In this document: piece by piece, positions 11,511-24,880 of the stretch
Numbering within the stretch: the first letter of the stretch is position 1
Layout of the letters: each line of letters starts with the position of its first letter
Source of the DNA: Lama glama
Taxonomy: Eukaryota
Assembly: GCA_028534125.1 (NCBI GenBank)
Contig: CM052816.1
Coordinates: 61,816,001-61,880,000 of the forward strand
DNA length: 64,000 nucleotides
Direction of reading: 5' to 3'
The notes under the pieces: model-generated
What the model was told of the DNA's origin: nothing
Databases searched by the model: none
Seen by the model: only the letters and a program-made list of their open reading frames with translations
Made by a program: the position numbers and the translations under genes

Positions 11511-14500
11511 ATATAATAAAAATTATTAAAATATTTACTTGAGGCAGACATTCAGTTGTCAAGTGTTTTTCTATTCTTATATTACTGAATACTGAATGTA
11601 CTATGGAGAAGTGGCAGAGGGGAGAGAGAGGAAGAGGAGGAGAGAGGAGAGAAGATTGACATTTATATTGATAATACTACTTTATCAGGTATGTTTGTTG
11701 TGAAGTTTTAAGTTAACCTTAGATTTAGCAATCTGGAAAGAAATTTCAGTGGACATAGTGGTGAAGAGATCACATTCACAAGCTTGCAGTCTACCCTCAT
11801 AGATCTAATTTTTTCCTCCCCTTGGAATGCCAGTTTTGTTGTATTAGGAGCAGGTGGCTTTCCATTTTTTTTAATAAGTCTCTCTACTGCCTTGTCAGAC
11901 ACAGCTCTCTCAAAACGTTTTTGGGAGCTAACCAAGCTCTATCTAACCAAACCCAAAATGGCATATGGACTTCATCCACATGGTCATGTGAATCCTCTGG
12001 CTGATGACTCTTGCTATGTATCTAATCAGCTTTACAAAATCCACGTCTGAAGGAGGTTTCTATAGCTATACGAGTGTGATGCTGTGGGATGAAGGAATGT
12101 GGTGGCAAAGAGGCTACTTTAGCTGCTACACTAGAATCTGGTGCCCGTCAGCACCACTATCAAATACTGGCAGTATTCATCCCAACAAAGGAAGAATGTT
12201 AATAATTTTGAGCAAAAAATTTCTATCATGCATTTCAGCTTAGATCTACTAATAACACTTCTTTAAATGCCTTGTTAGACAGTGAAATCTGGGAATAATT
12301 ATCAAACACCATATACTATGTTTATAATAGAATCATATTTCTTTTCTTTCTCTCCCCCTCCCACTCTTCTTTTTTTTTCCTGCATAGAAAGTAGAATGCT
12401 GCTGAATGGTACCCAAATGTCTGTTGTATACCATGCCAATACAGCAGCTCAGCCAAAAATGCGAATAGAACAGTTTGCCAAGTAAAAGAAAACATAACAA
12501 ATTGGTAATGGTTTCTATCTTGACAGAAAATGAAAATGATCCCTCAATGTGTGGTCACTCATGTGGACACATAAAAATGTCTTAGAAGCAATCATTTTGC
12601 CTCAGATAACAGACCCTGACGGTGCAGTACAGCACTGGCTGACTTTCACTTCTTAGAAAAGCGGCAAGCGTGACCTACAAAATAGTCCGGGAACCATGTA
12701 ATTTATGCATAACACACATGCACATGCCATGCACTCATAATATTTTCTATAAATCATTCTGAATACAAGACTTCTTTTCTGAGTGGAATATACTTTATGA
12801 GAGATGATCTAAATCATCAGAGACTTGATAAAGCTGAACTGGTTTATTTATGAACAGAAATGATATCGATTTTCAGTCTACAAAATTCCAGCAGTCTATA
12901 CTGCAGCAAAAAGGCTATATATAAGGGCCTCCTCATGTTTTCTATATGAATACTAAAGGTATTTTAATTAGATGTTAGATAGAACAAATATAAAAAATGT
13001 ATAGATACATGGTGTAGAGTTCTGACTTTCTGGCTAGGTGACTGCAATTAAAGGCAAAAAGGAACCTCTTGAAGACCTGGTAATGGTTCCTTCACCTTAT
13101 TTCCCCTTCCTTTACTACTTAGCTTTGTCCCCCAGATGGAGAACTAGCCAACATCACTGACCAATGATTTTTTCCCTCCCATCTGGTGAAGTTTTCCCAT
13201 TTGTTTAACTTTCTAATGAGGATGTTAGAACATTGATTGTATTGTGAAATCACATCAAAAACAAGAATGACACTTAAAACAATACGAGTTAATATCTGAT
13301 GCTAATGAGGAATTCAAAATGAGAGAATATTGAACCAAGGGGCTAGGAAGAACCTTGGGAAGTTAAATGTTCTTTGCCAAGTTGAAAGTAAATTTGAATC
13401 CTGTGGGTTATGAGTTTCAAATGAAACTTCTGGGTTTAAATTTGTTGGTGACTTTCCTGTTCAATAAAAAAGGACTTAAATGGCTTATAAAAAGGTTAAA
13501 AAAACTTATTGGGCATCAAACTGCTCTTACAAAACACCATCTTGATGAGTTAAGTGTAAATGAATCAGAAACACATGGATCATATTTCCTTAAAAAATGC
13601 ATATGGATTCAAAAATAAGGGGAAGAGGACTTGGCAAAGCATTTTTTTGTGTGGTGGCTGAACCCAAAACATTTGAAAGATATTTTGAGACATTCAAGGA
13701 ATCCAAAATAAAACTAAACCTGTCCAGTCATATAAAAAACAGAAGGTTCTTCTGTGCAATGTGCACTTATCTCTATGGGTCATTCAACACTCACTGAGCC
13801 TTCACCTTTGGCAAAGAACTATGGGAGGAGCCAGCTTCTGCTTTAAGCAACTTTGAATTTAGATATAAACAAATACATGTAAGTAACAGAAATCTATTAA
13901 AAGAGAGCTAGGGTTTTACAAAAATTGACATCATAACCTATAACATACAGAAATTATATACTGAGAAATACATAAGTACTTTCAGGGTCCTATGGTAGGT
14001 AGGAGTCATTCCATTCAAATCATCATCCCCTAGTCTCTTTTGATTAAAGTTATATATAGTTGCAGGGTCTTTCTTGCTTGAATGTTTTCTTAATAAGTGT
14101 TTTTATGTCTTTTTTAATGTGTGTTCCAGTCCTCTTTCCTCCACCCTCTAGATTTGTGAGTGCTCAACAAATCTTGCTGACTGGTTTCCTGGAGGATTGG
14201 AATGTTGAACAGAGTTTTGAAATAGGGGAGAGGTGCTGTTTGGCAGAGAGGAGTGAGGCTATGATTCTGGGTTGGGGTAATGGCACATGTGACAGTTCAG
14301 AGGCTCCAGAGGGTGAGTCATGTGTGTGGGGTGACCCATTGGCTTGCTTGCTTGCAGTGATGTGACTGAGCCAGGGTGTCGAGGGAGGTGGAGGCAGTTA
14401 GGTGTGGGGAGGCCTAATATACTACATGTGAAGTCAACTGGAGGACAGAGGAGTGTGATAAGAGAAAATACAATTCTTACTCTTTTTTTTTGTTTCCTTT

Positions 14501-15056
14501 TTGCTAGTATAGGATAAAGTGCTAAGCACAGGACACAGAGAAGTCATTAATCCCTTTATTTCTTATCAGTGTCTTAAAAAGCTGAAAAGTACTCAAAGGT
14601 AAAAATAAGTTAACCATTTTATGTATTGCTGTGATCCTATACATTGTAAATTGGAAGAGGAACTTAGTAAGATTATGAAATGGATTAATGAGTTCTCAAA
14701 TGTTCATAGGAAAGTGTAAAAAACTCATGATTTAGAATCTTTTAAGGCTGTTTTCTAGCTGTTTAATGTGAGTCTTATCTTTTCCACAATATTAGAAAGT
14801 TATTTAAGGCAGGGATAGTGTCAAGTATTTCCTGTGTATTTTCCACTGGCTAGCCCAATACTGGGAATACACCAAGTACTCAATAAATGCTTACTGAACT
14901 GAAATGAAGAGGCGCTGAGGCCCTATAATGATGAGGCTATAACTGAAGATAAAGTCTGAAAAAAAAAGGGGGGAAGATATCGTAGAGATGTCCTAGTAGT
15001 GCCTCTGTGCTGAGCCTACTTGTTCATGGTTAAAATAAAGAAATCAAAGCCCTTAC

Positions 15057-15160
15057 CATCCTTCATCATCTTCTACCTCTGTTTCAGAAATGTCATTTTC
15101 AGGAGTTTCAGCAATTGCTTGAGTGAGTTTAGATTTAAACTGGTTCAGCAGTGCAAGTGT
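15057..15160 (-). CDS. CWC27: CWC27 internal coding exon (104 nt; equivalent to human exon 13, penultimate)
   Basis: Minus strand reads ctaatttttatttcag|ACA CTT GCA...GAA GGA TG|gtaagg and translates to TLALLNQFKSKLTQAIAETPENDISETEVEDDEG(W). It starts in phase 0, in frame with the 110-nt exon, and is near-identical to the remembered human CWC27 C-terminal region. Confidence 0.97.
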
Positions 15161-15559
15161 CTGAAATAAAAATTAGACTGCTAAGTTTTCTGATAGGGAC
15201 AAATATAATTTCAGAAGAGACACCTAAATTTTGTAGAAAAGAAAATATCCTACCAGGATAGAAAACACTTAAATTTTTAATTTGGAAGCAAAGTAACAAA
15301 ACTGCCTTCAAGCTGCAACAGTGATCGATATTCACAAACTTTGACATTGCCTTGTCTGCATCTGCACTGACATTCTCCCTCAGGGATATGTGGCTGTTTT
15401 CTGATATGGGGAAACGTAAGTTTGTTTACACAGAAGATATTTAAAATGCATGCTTACTAATAGCTAAGTTTTTAATGACCACAAGATAGGGATGTACTTC
15501 ACTAAGATATCTGAAATCAAAACAAAACAACTAAGAATATTTTTCACTGAATAGATTTC

Positions 15560-15960
15560 CAAAAGTGTAAAAATGTCAATGTTGGTGAAGATGAAATGAA
15601 TGAACACATTAATTGTTGGAAGAGGGGTAAATTGGAGTGGTATCTTTGGAATGCTGCTTTTACGTATCAGAAACTTTAAAATGATGATTCCCTTTGATTC
15701 AATAATTCCAATCTTGGGAATACATGCAGAAAAATAACTTGAAACACTGAAAATGCTTATGCAAAAGATGCACTGCAGCAATATTCATGCAAGTGGAAAG
15801 ACAGAAACATGTTAAATGTCTATCAGTAAGGAACTACATAAATTTAGTAAAAAGTAATGAATATGCTATTTATACTATTATTAAAAATTGTATACATGAA
15901 ATATTATAATCTATTGTTACGTGAAAGAATTAGGATATAAATATCATGCTGAGTATGTTT
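15560..15960 (+). mobile_element. Ancient L1ME-like 3' fragment
   Basis: Degenerate motifs aatgttggtgaagatg, gtaaattggagtgg, ccctttgattcaataattcca. Confidence 0.6.
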
Positions 15961-16186
15961 TTTTAAAAAAGGGGATCATTCCTCTGATTTTTTTTTTCCA
16001 CTCCTATGCCCTTTGTAGTTTGTTCAGTTTGCTCAGAATTTGAGCAGAGAGTCAGAAATTAGAAAATGTTCTTTTATTCTATAGTTTTAAGAAGTACATA
16101 ACTGTGAAATGGGATAAAGTACTACCTGTCTAAAAAATCAAGAGTCTAATTAAGACACTGGTACATTGACTTCACTATTAAAAATA

Positions 16187-16391
16187 CAGTTGACCCTTAA
16201 AAAATGTGAGCGTTAGAAGTACCAACCCTCTGAGCTGTTGAAAATCCATCTGTAGGCCGGCCCTCCATTCTGTACCTGCAGTTATGCAACCAGCTGTGGT
16301 CAGTCTACAATTGCAGTATGTATTTATTAAAAGAAATTTGCGCATAAATGGACTTATGACATTCAGAGCTGTGTTGTTCAAGGGTCAACTG
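16187..16391 (+). mobile_element. MER8/Tigger2-type MITE
   Basis: TIRs cagttgaccctt / aagggtcaactg flanked by TA dinucleotides. Confidence 0.88.
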
Positions 16392-17769
16392 TACTGACAT
16401 TTCATAAAGAAAAAGATGTGTGATACTACTTCAATGTGAATAACAGAGAAAACAGTCACAATAACTTGAATTCTCCAGAATTTGTCCAGGAAATATCATT
16501 AACATCATAGTTCACAAAAAAATTAAGTAGGTTTGGTGGTCTAGAACCTAACTCAATACAGACAGGGGGTGACAAAATAACTGCAAGAAACAAGGCAGTT
16601 ATGGCTAAAAACTGATAGTGAAAAGTGCCTTATGTCTTTCTGCAAAATTCAACGCCCACACAGACAACAGCTCAAAATATACACATTACTAAGTTGCTGA
16701 ATGAGGTAAGTTTTGAGGAAAAACTATAAATTCCTATAGAATATCCTCAGGCATTCTGAGGGTTCCTAATGTGTTAGGGTTTAGATATTTTATCTGTTTC
16801 TAGGGTAGTAATTATAGCACTAAGCTCTTCAAACAATGTTAACAGATAAAGAAAACATCCTTTGTTTTAAAACCTTATTCATTAAAAAAAACTCTTGCTT
16901 ACAAACTTTTATTGTATTTGTTGTATTTTATTGTATTTGTTTTATAATAAGAAAAAAAGTTACTGTAGAAATATCAGAAAGTAAAGAGAAGCAAAACAAA
17001 AATATATTATTCCACCACTGATAATTACTCTTGTGGACATTTGGTATATATCTTTCAAGGCTTTCAATACGTGCTTCTGTGTGTATAAATGTGTATGTGT
17101 TTATGTGTCTGTATATTATATCTATATCTACCTATCCACCTATCTACCTATCTATCTATCTATGTAGTTAGCTATCACTTAAAAGCAAACTCCATCAGTT
17201 TTTGATGGTGGACTTTCACACACTTGGAAATGTCTGTTCTGAGGGTATAAAGAGAAGTGGAAAAAAAAAAAAAAGGGGGAGACTTCTTAGTAGAATGAAA
17301 TTTTAAAACTTCCTAGAAAATTATGCTAGACTTGACTCTTACTTTTTTGAGTTGAAAGTGGCAAGGCAGTCTGTTTTTAGAGCCAATTAATGTGCTACTG
17401 GCATTTGCTCAAAGAAGAGGGACTAAGACTATGACAAACAGAAAACATCCTCTTGGCCTTTCTTAACATCTTCAATACTCAAGATTGGACTTTCTGTAGC
17501 TTCAGTCTAAAGGCAAGAGAGAAAAGCAAACATCACGAAAATAATGGCCCAATATTGGTTGAAGAAAACAGGATCTGCATGGAGGCTTTTCTGTTTGGCA
17601 TTTCCAGGGGAATCAGTCTTCTGGCGTCTGCTGAAGGCATGAAGGGCCAACCACTAACAGCGTGGTCTCCAGCACAGAGTGAGCTTTCCCAGTGTGAAGA
17701 AGCTTTATTGAGGGGGCCTGCCCTGGCAGACTTTGTGCATGCAGACCTACACATAAGAGTCTCTCAGAT

Positions 17770-18300
17770 GGCCTAGGTGCCTCCAGCCCTGCCCCAGGTC
17801 CAGTCTACTCTTCAAGCTGGAGCCAGGTTGGCGGGATCTTCCCACACTGTAAAGGAGATCATATCGCCTCCTTCCTTCAGTGACCCCCCCATTGCTCTGA
17901 GGGTAAATCTGAACTCCTTAATATGGCTCAGACATATCTTGTGTGAATTGGCTCCTGCTTACCTCTCCAGCCTCATCTTTTTCTGTCTCTTAGTTTAAGT
18001 TCTAGTCATATTTATTACCTTATAGTTCTTTGCAAAGAGGACAGAGACTTTTCATATACTGCCCCTTTTGTCTAGCCATGTATCTCCTACTCCACTCTCA
18101 AAGCTCAGCTGAAATCATTTTCTCAGGGAGGCCCACCCAGATTCTTACGCTCTATTAGGTCCTACTGTTATACATAGTTTCCTGTACCTAACCTGCAATA
18201 ATGCTCACCCTCTTTCACTGGTATTACTTGTTTAACTGCCTCCTTTTCCTGATAGCTCAGAGAAGGCAGGATGTCTCTACCTTGTTTATTATCTCCTTGG
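17770..18300 (+). mobile_element. L2 3' fragment
   Basis: CT-rich L2-like text (tggctcctgcttacctctccagcctcatc; ctcaaagctcagctgaaatca; agaaggcaggatgtctc). Confidence 0.65.
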
Positions 18301-19372
18301 AGGGAAGAAAGGGGAATGCAAGAATAAGAGTGATCCTTAACATCTTTGGTAGTATATTTACCACTACAGTTGCTAATCAGAGGCCTTTGTGACTCCATGA
18401 AAACAACTTAATAAAGCACTTTTTCTTAATTTCATTTGATGTGCCATTTCTTTTTAAAATTACACATAAGTTAGTTCTCTAATTACAATTTCCTATACCT
18501 GAATTCTTGTTGAATTTTCCCTGTGATTATTTTCATGCGAAGCACTGATGCATGATCTTCCTTACCAGTAATTAGGTGTCATTTATAATACAGTTCCTGA
18601 TTAGATTAATTTATTCAAACAGGCTTGGGCTTTGATATTTAGTTTTATTTTGCCTGTTTTATTTATTCACCAAAAATGGTGTGTTCTCACATACACACAT
18701 GGCAGCAGCAAAAATAAGTAGCTTTTGGTCTGCCCCCCAGCCTTTCAACATAAAGGGCTGCTGAAGAGATTCATTTTATCAAGTGCCAAGTGCTGCATGG
18801 CGTGTACGATTGACTCCCAAATTGAGGAGCTAGCTTTCTATCTTTTTTTATTCTTGATTTCTGACAACCTTCTTAAGTTACTAAAGATTCAGGTATTACT
18901 TTCAGTAAGCAGAGTTTTGCATTACTTATGGTAGAAGTCAACTAGTGGACCAAGTGCCTTCTTCACAGGCAATGTAAAGCGCAAATGGAGGTGTCTAGGC
19001 AGCATGTGAGATGCTGATCCAGAAGTGATCCTCTCATCATTCATAATCACCTCCTTCCTCTCCATCTCATAACAGTCACATAGTCAAAGGTTCTATCTGA
19101 TAATATGTGGCTTTACCAGGTTCCTGTGCTTGATAGGGGAGTACAAGGTTGAGATCTGAAAGTTTTAGGCTTTACGTCTATGGTGTGTCTATCAGCTGGG
19201 TCTTTGCATGAGTGGCCAAGGTCCTTGTCAGCTCACCTTATACATATGTATCCTTTTTCATTTTAAGAGGTAATGTTTCCCCTCATGTATAATCTAATTA
19301 GGCTCCATTAACAAGACTTGAAGACAATTAAAAGGCAATGAATTGCATATACATTTTGGTTTGTGAAGTTAC

Positions 19373-19482
19373 CTGGTCTTCCCGGGAAGTTCCCTTCTTT
19401 GCCTGCTGCTTCTTCAAAGCTGCATACTTTTGCTTTTCTCTTCTGTATTCTGCAACAGCACCATCTGGAGCGGCCACCTCCT
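19373..19482 (-). CDS. CWC27: CWC27 internal coding exon (110 nt; equivalent to human exon 12)
   Basis: Minus strand reads ctctattcttcag|AG GAG GTG GCC GCT CCA...GAA GAC CAG|gtaact and translates to EVAAPDGAVAEYRREKQKYAALKKQQAKKGTSREDQ. This matches the remembered human CWC27 segment EEAPPDGAVAEYRREKQKYEALRKQQSKKGTSREDQ and ends in phase 0. Confidence 0.96.
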
Positions 19483-20419
19483 CTGAAGAATAGAGTACTT
19501 TTAGGATACATAGTAAAAAGGCTCGATAGATTCATGCTTATGTCTACGAATGTCCATCATTGAAGAGGAGGTCAGAACCTGGGATTGGTTTTCCTCCATT
19601 AAAAAAAAAAAAAAACAACCAATAAACTCCACAAGCTCTACAACTATTTCTTAGACTAGAAAGTGACTGATGTTAATTTAATCAACCATTTTATAAACAT
19701 CTTTGTTATATACTGTACTATTATAGCTGTTCTCACCTGTACTTATTTGACTATAAAATCAACTGTCTGTCTCACTCTTAAAATAAGTAAGATTTTCCTA
19801 AAATTCAGAAATTCCATTTTACATTATTCCCTTGCCTTGTAAGATATAACCTTTCAATATTGGTTGATTTTCTGCCACCTTTGCTCCTCAGTTGAAATAA
19901 CAACAACAACAACCACCACCTTCAATTTTATGGCATCATAAAATATATCTAACAAAAAATCAGGACAGTCACATAGAAGCAGGCAAAAATAATTTTTACT
20001 ATATTAGAAATTACAAAAATTATCTATAGATTTGATCCTACAGTAATCCCATATGAAGGTTAGCTAACATCTGGGTTCACAGAATAGTTTTGCCTCAAAA
20101 TAAAGTACTAACATTTTATAATACTTTACACTTATATATGTTAGTGAAAATTTGTGACTTAAACCCACAACCTCTCTCTTCTCATCTTTGTCTGGCAAAC
20201 CAAGATGAGCCAGTTGTAACTGAGTATATCAGTAATCTTTCTATTTAAGCCTTGGCTTGTTGTTTGCCTCTTTGTTACCTAGTCTGAGGAATGTAATCAA
20301 TGTGCTGTGAGTCAATGTGCAGTGCAGCCATTTTGTTCAAGAGATTGTCTGTTTAAAAAAATATGTGAACTAAGAAACAAGTAGTCTTCTTATGGTTACT
20401 TAATACCATGATTTTGATG

Positions 20420-20628
20420 TTGGTCAAAGGGTGCAAAGATTCAATTGTGTGGGACAGATAAGTTCTGGAGATCTAATGTACAGCATGGTGACTATAGTTA
20501 ATAATACTGTATTGTATATACAAAATTTGCTGAGAAAGTTGACCACCGTTCATACACATACACACAAAGTGTAACTATGTGAGGTGATGGATATGTTAGT
20601 TAGCTAGATTGTGGTAATCATTTCACAG
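20420..20628 (+). mobile_element. L1MA-type 3' UTR fragment
   Basis: aagttctggagatctaatgtacagcatggtgactatagttaataatactgtattgtat is typical of L1MA 3' ends. Confidence 0.8.
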
Positions 20629-21009
20629 TGGTTTCTCTAGTTCTTGGTGTTCTGAGAGTTTTAATTGTCTGCCTAGGATGCCTTTCCTCTCCCGTTTTTA
20701 TTTCTAGCCCAAATGAACATGCAAACAGCTTGAGGACAGCTGTGAGGTCAGCTGGTCTTTCATTACATACACCTGTGACAGCAGGATTAAGCCTGCTTAG
20801 GTTCCATCTGGAGTGCGTGGAAACTGTAATCCAAACACTGGTACATGGTACACACGACCAAACAATGACATCTGCTGCACCAACCCAACTGTGTGAAAAA
20901 TACGGTCAACTCTTCTATTTCCTAACTGGGTATATCATATCAGTGTGCTTCTGCTTATAGTGTGATCAGCTATGAATGTTCACAGCACATTCTTTTGTGT
21001 GTGTGTGTG

Positions 21010-22040
21010 GCTTTATTTCTCAACAGTATACTATGAGTAATTTCCTTAGCTTTATATTTCAATTCACTAATTCTCTGTTTAGTTGTATCTAATCAGTTTT
21101 TAAGACATAAACTGAGTCACTCTCTTTAATAATTATATTTTAAAATTCTAGATATTCTATTTGGTCCTTTTTCAAATTCACCCACTTTTTTGATAGCCTC
21201 AGTCTTTTACTATGATTTTATACCTTTAAAAACGCTAATTATTTAAAACACCCACATTACATTTTATATTTCAGGTTGTTCTTGAGGCTCCTTTGGTTAT
21301 GCCTTCTAACTCTATCCCTAGAGTGGTCACTTCTCTATGTGTTTTCTAATTTTTTACTCTGAGTGTACCTACAGCTAGAGCTGCATCTCCATCACACTCC
21401 ATAGGAATCCCTAGCACCCAGGATTGTGTAATGGTTCCTACAGAGAGCTTTTATATTTGCTTCTACTAGGAAATTAAGTGGTTCCATTAGCACACAGTTA
21501 TTTTTTCCATAGTTAATTTCCTGGCTTAGGATTCCTGTACCATATAGGTAGCGAACATTCAGACTTTATAGCTGTGCCTGGTAGAGATTTAGAGTTTTGA
21601 TTTTTTGCGATACTTTTTTTTCCCTCCCACACATACCTCTGAAAAATGACAAGCTTCCTGTGACCTTCCTGACCAGGTGACAGTTTTTCTAGTTCCTATG
21701 TCTCTTGATCCAAAGCCATATCTCTGTCTAAGTTTGAGATTAAAACCTCAGTTTCTAGCTATTAGAGCCTACATTTGGTTCCAAAATTCCCCTGGTCAAC
21801 GATAGCATCAACTTGCCCCCTTAATGCCTCTTCTTTGTTTCTTGTACCTAGGAATTTTCTTTTCTTTTCTTTCTCTGCCTCCTCATTCTCTCTCTCTTCC
21901 CCAGCCCCCCAGGTCCCCCTCTTTCTCTGTCTTTTTCAAGCTTAGCTAAGTATTTAAATTGGGCTGCATCATATTTTATCCAGCATTTCTATATATTTGT
22001 AGAAGAAGGAAGTTCTGTGTTAACTCAGCCCATTTTGCCA
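21010..22040 (-). mobile_element. Very old L1 5'/ORF1-like fragment
   Basis: T-rich degenerate sequence similar to 60400-60560 (ttcactaattctctg, tgtatctaatc). Confidence 0.5.
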
Positions 22041-23669
22041 GAATAGTACATTCATTTCTCATGTGCTTGAATCCCCCTGAATAAAGAAAAATTGAATATG
22101 TGATGGGATGACTTTAGTGACATAAAACTGGCTTATAACATACAAAATGAGTTTGAAAAAAATCAGTTTCTTTAAGTACAGAGTGCACTATACTCTTTCT
22201 TAAAACTCAATATATGCTGAGTGATAATTCATAAACAATGATGCACTATGAGAACTATTTGTCACTAAAATTTCTATAAAATGTTTGTTAAATAAATAGG
22301 AATAGGGGGAGAAAAGAACATTTACTAAAGACCTACTATATATTAGGTACCATGCTAAAGTGCTTTGACTGTCCATGAAAAAAGTATCAATAAACCATTT
22401 TACAAATGAGGAAACAGGATAGGACCACAGTTAGAATATACTAAAGCTGGAATTTGAACCCAGGTATCCATGATACTTAAGTCTTACACTGTGCCCTACT
22501 GTCTTCAATTAAAACTTCAGATCAGAAAATAAAGTTTAATAAGTGTTCCCTGTATGCCTGACACTCTAAAAAATGTAATTAATGATATCTAAAACATACA
22601 TGATATAGGCTTTTCACTCTAGAAAGTAATGTAAAGGGAAAAATAAACATTATATATGTAAAAAGTTAAGAAATTAAGCCATTGACTATAAGTATTACAT
22701 TGCTGATTCTTGGGTAGAATACTAGCCACCTAGAGGGCTTAGAGCTTACCTATGTTATAGTATTAGAATAAAACTTTTTAAATGTTTTAGCAATCTCTAA
22801 GATTAGGTAATATATATGAAAAGGTTTGATGATGAGAATGTTTGACACCACTATAACCATCAACTTACTACTAGAGGACTAGTTTGCCGAAGGACCAGAG
22901 CTAGAAGCTACCTTGATGATCTTCAAATCTAACTTCTTAGTTTATAGGTGAGGTAACCAAGGTCCAGGTAAGTGAAGTTACTTAACTAGTGTCCCATTTG
23001 GAACAGCAGCAGAACCTGGCCTAAAACTTGTGTTCTGACTCTTAGTTTAGCAGACAATCTGTAGTAAAACTGAAGTTTTGTCCCTGTGTGTCATAAAGAA
23101 TGTCCCCTAAGAGATAGCTGGGAACATAATCCTTACTCCACTTGAATATCTTCATTACAAAACCTTTTTGTTCTGAGCATAAAAAGGGTGATGACTACTC
23201 AGTTATTAGTTACTTAGCTAATGAACTAATGGTATCCATCTATACTCATTTTATAGATAAAAAGTCTTATACTCTCTACTGCCTCAGTACCAGAGCTCCA
23301 AGTTGTGCATATTCACTCACTTTTTTAAAAAACCTCATTAAGTGATTATTATGTGTCAGAACTGTTAATAAAGCTGCTTAGAAATGATTTTAAATAGATC
23401 TAGATCCATTATTTCAAGGAAATTTTTCAAAAAACTTCCATAATAAATAAAAACTTTTATATAAGTGAAGGTTATGTGTTAGTGTTAATAGTAAACAACA
23501 TTTGAAAACAAAAGGGATAGACTTTAATGGACACAGAAGAAAATCAAAGCCACTGACATCTAGTTGTATCTCATCATACTTTCTGGAAGCTACCAAGTAT
23601 GTTTTTATCAAGTTTTATATATATCAGATCTTAAATTAATTCTAGGAAAAGTATCAGACTTGAAAATCT

Positions 23670-23900
23670 CTAATATGTTAGCTAACATTTCAAGTACTCA
23701 CTATCTGCCGGATACTAGCACCTTGAATTACTTGTTTAATCCTCATAACCAAGAACCCTATGAGAAAGGCGTATTATGAACCCCATTTTGCCAATAAAAA
23801 AAATGGGCAGTAAAAGGTTAAATAATTTTTCTTCGGGATTATAAATACGGGAATAAAACCCCATACAGTCTGGCTGTAAAGTACAAGCTCTTAAACAGCT
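23670..23900 (-). mobile_element. MIR SINE
   Basis: Antisense MIR core: tttaatcctcataacc...ccctatgag...ccccattttgcc. Confidence 0.65.
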
Positions 23901-24861
23901 TGGTTATTTCTTCTTCATGTCTGAAACACAAGAAAACGTAGAAGAAAATATTCCAATCTGACATAAAAAGGCATCAGGTCACCACAGTGGATGTGTCCTG
24001 ATAAAATAAAGTCCTAGCAAAAAAAAAAAAAAAAAAAAAAAAGGTTCAAAATTCCTCCCAGACCATAGTAAGTGGGAAGTACAATCTGCCAAACAGTGGA
24101 TTAATGTAAATAACTTCCACCTAGGAAGAGTCTTTTAAGGCTTTTTCTTGATTCTCCTTAAATAATCATATATTTCCCTCATTTGAACCTTTGAACACTT
24201 TGCTAGCTATAGCAAATAGCCAGCAATAGCTGCTAACCCTGTTATATCATAACTACCTCTTTGTATTGCCCCTTAGGCTATAAGTTCACATGGCAGGGAC
24301 AACACCCTGTTTGTCACCTGAGCTTTCTGGGTACAACCCCTGTAAGAGCTGCATCTTGACCATTTCCTTCAGGGGCTACTGGGGATAAATGACATCTCTT
24401 CTATCCCAGTCAAAATGCCTGCTTTTGGTTTGTTTTATTAAGAAAATCCACTATAGAAATAACAGTGGGACTATTTGGTGACATTAAGATAAGAATCTTT
24501 ATGTAATATATTCATAATTATAATCCATACTATTTATGAGTGACCAGAAGTTGAATCTGTATTTTGTTTTGAAGATAATTGAAAGTGCTTAGATAATGCT
24601 TTAAAAGGTGAATATTAGAAGAAAACTGGTTTCTCTATCCAATGAAACTGCTAAATAAAAACTTACTCGCAATAAAGAAATTATTTAATGGAGATACCTA
24701 TATGCACATTTATGAAGACTAGGCAGAAATCTAGGCAAGATTAGGCTAAGAGTTTAATTTTTTCTGTACTATAAACTGAAGTAAGAAATCTATAATTTAT
24801 TAATTTCACTTAACCAATTTTTATTTTCAGCATATTTTTCATTCTACAAATCAAACAATGT

Positions 24862-24880
24862 TGGCTCCATCTGGTGGTCA
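24862..24880 (-). promoter_or_regulatory. Candidate CTCF binding motif
   Basis: Minus strand TGACCACCAGATGGAGCCA versus consensus TGGCCACCAGGGGGCGCTA. It is an isolated GC-rich word in unique AT-rich DNA. Motif match only. Confidence 0.55.

Noticed and set aside
11708..12243. Cluster of short overlapping ORFs as a possible pseudogene
   Set aside because: No recognisable protein in any frame, and no poly(A)/TSD signature.
17453..17776. 107-aa plus-strand ORF
   Set aside because: TTG start, no homology recognised, antisense within an intron.
19308..19563. ORFs 19308-19535 (-) and 19363-19563 (+)
   Set aside because: These are off-frame and antisense shadows of the real CWC27 exon.
24019..24042. 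A24 run as a solo retrotransposed tail
   Set aside because: No convincing TSD or upstream element, so treated as a simple mononucleotide run.
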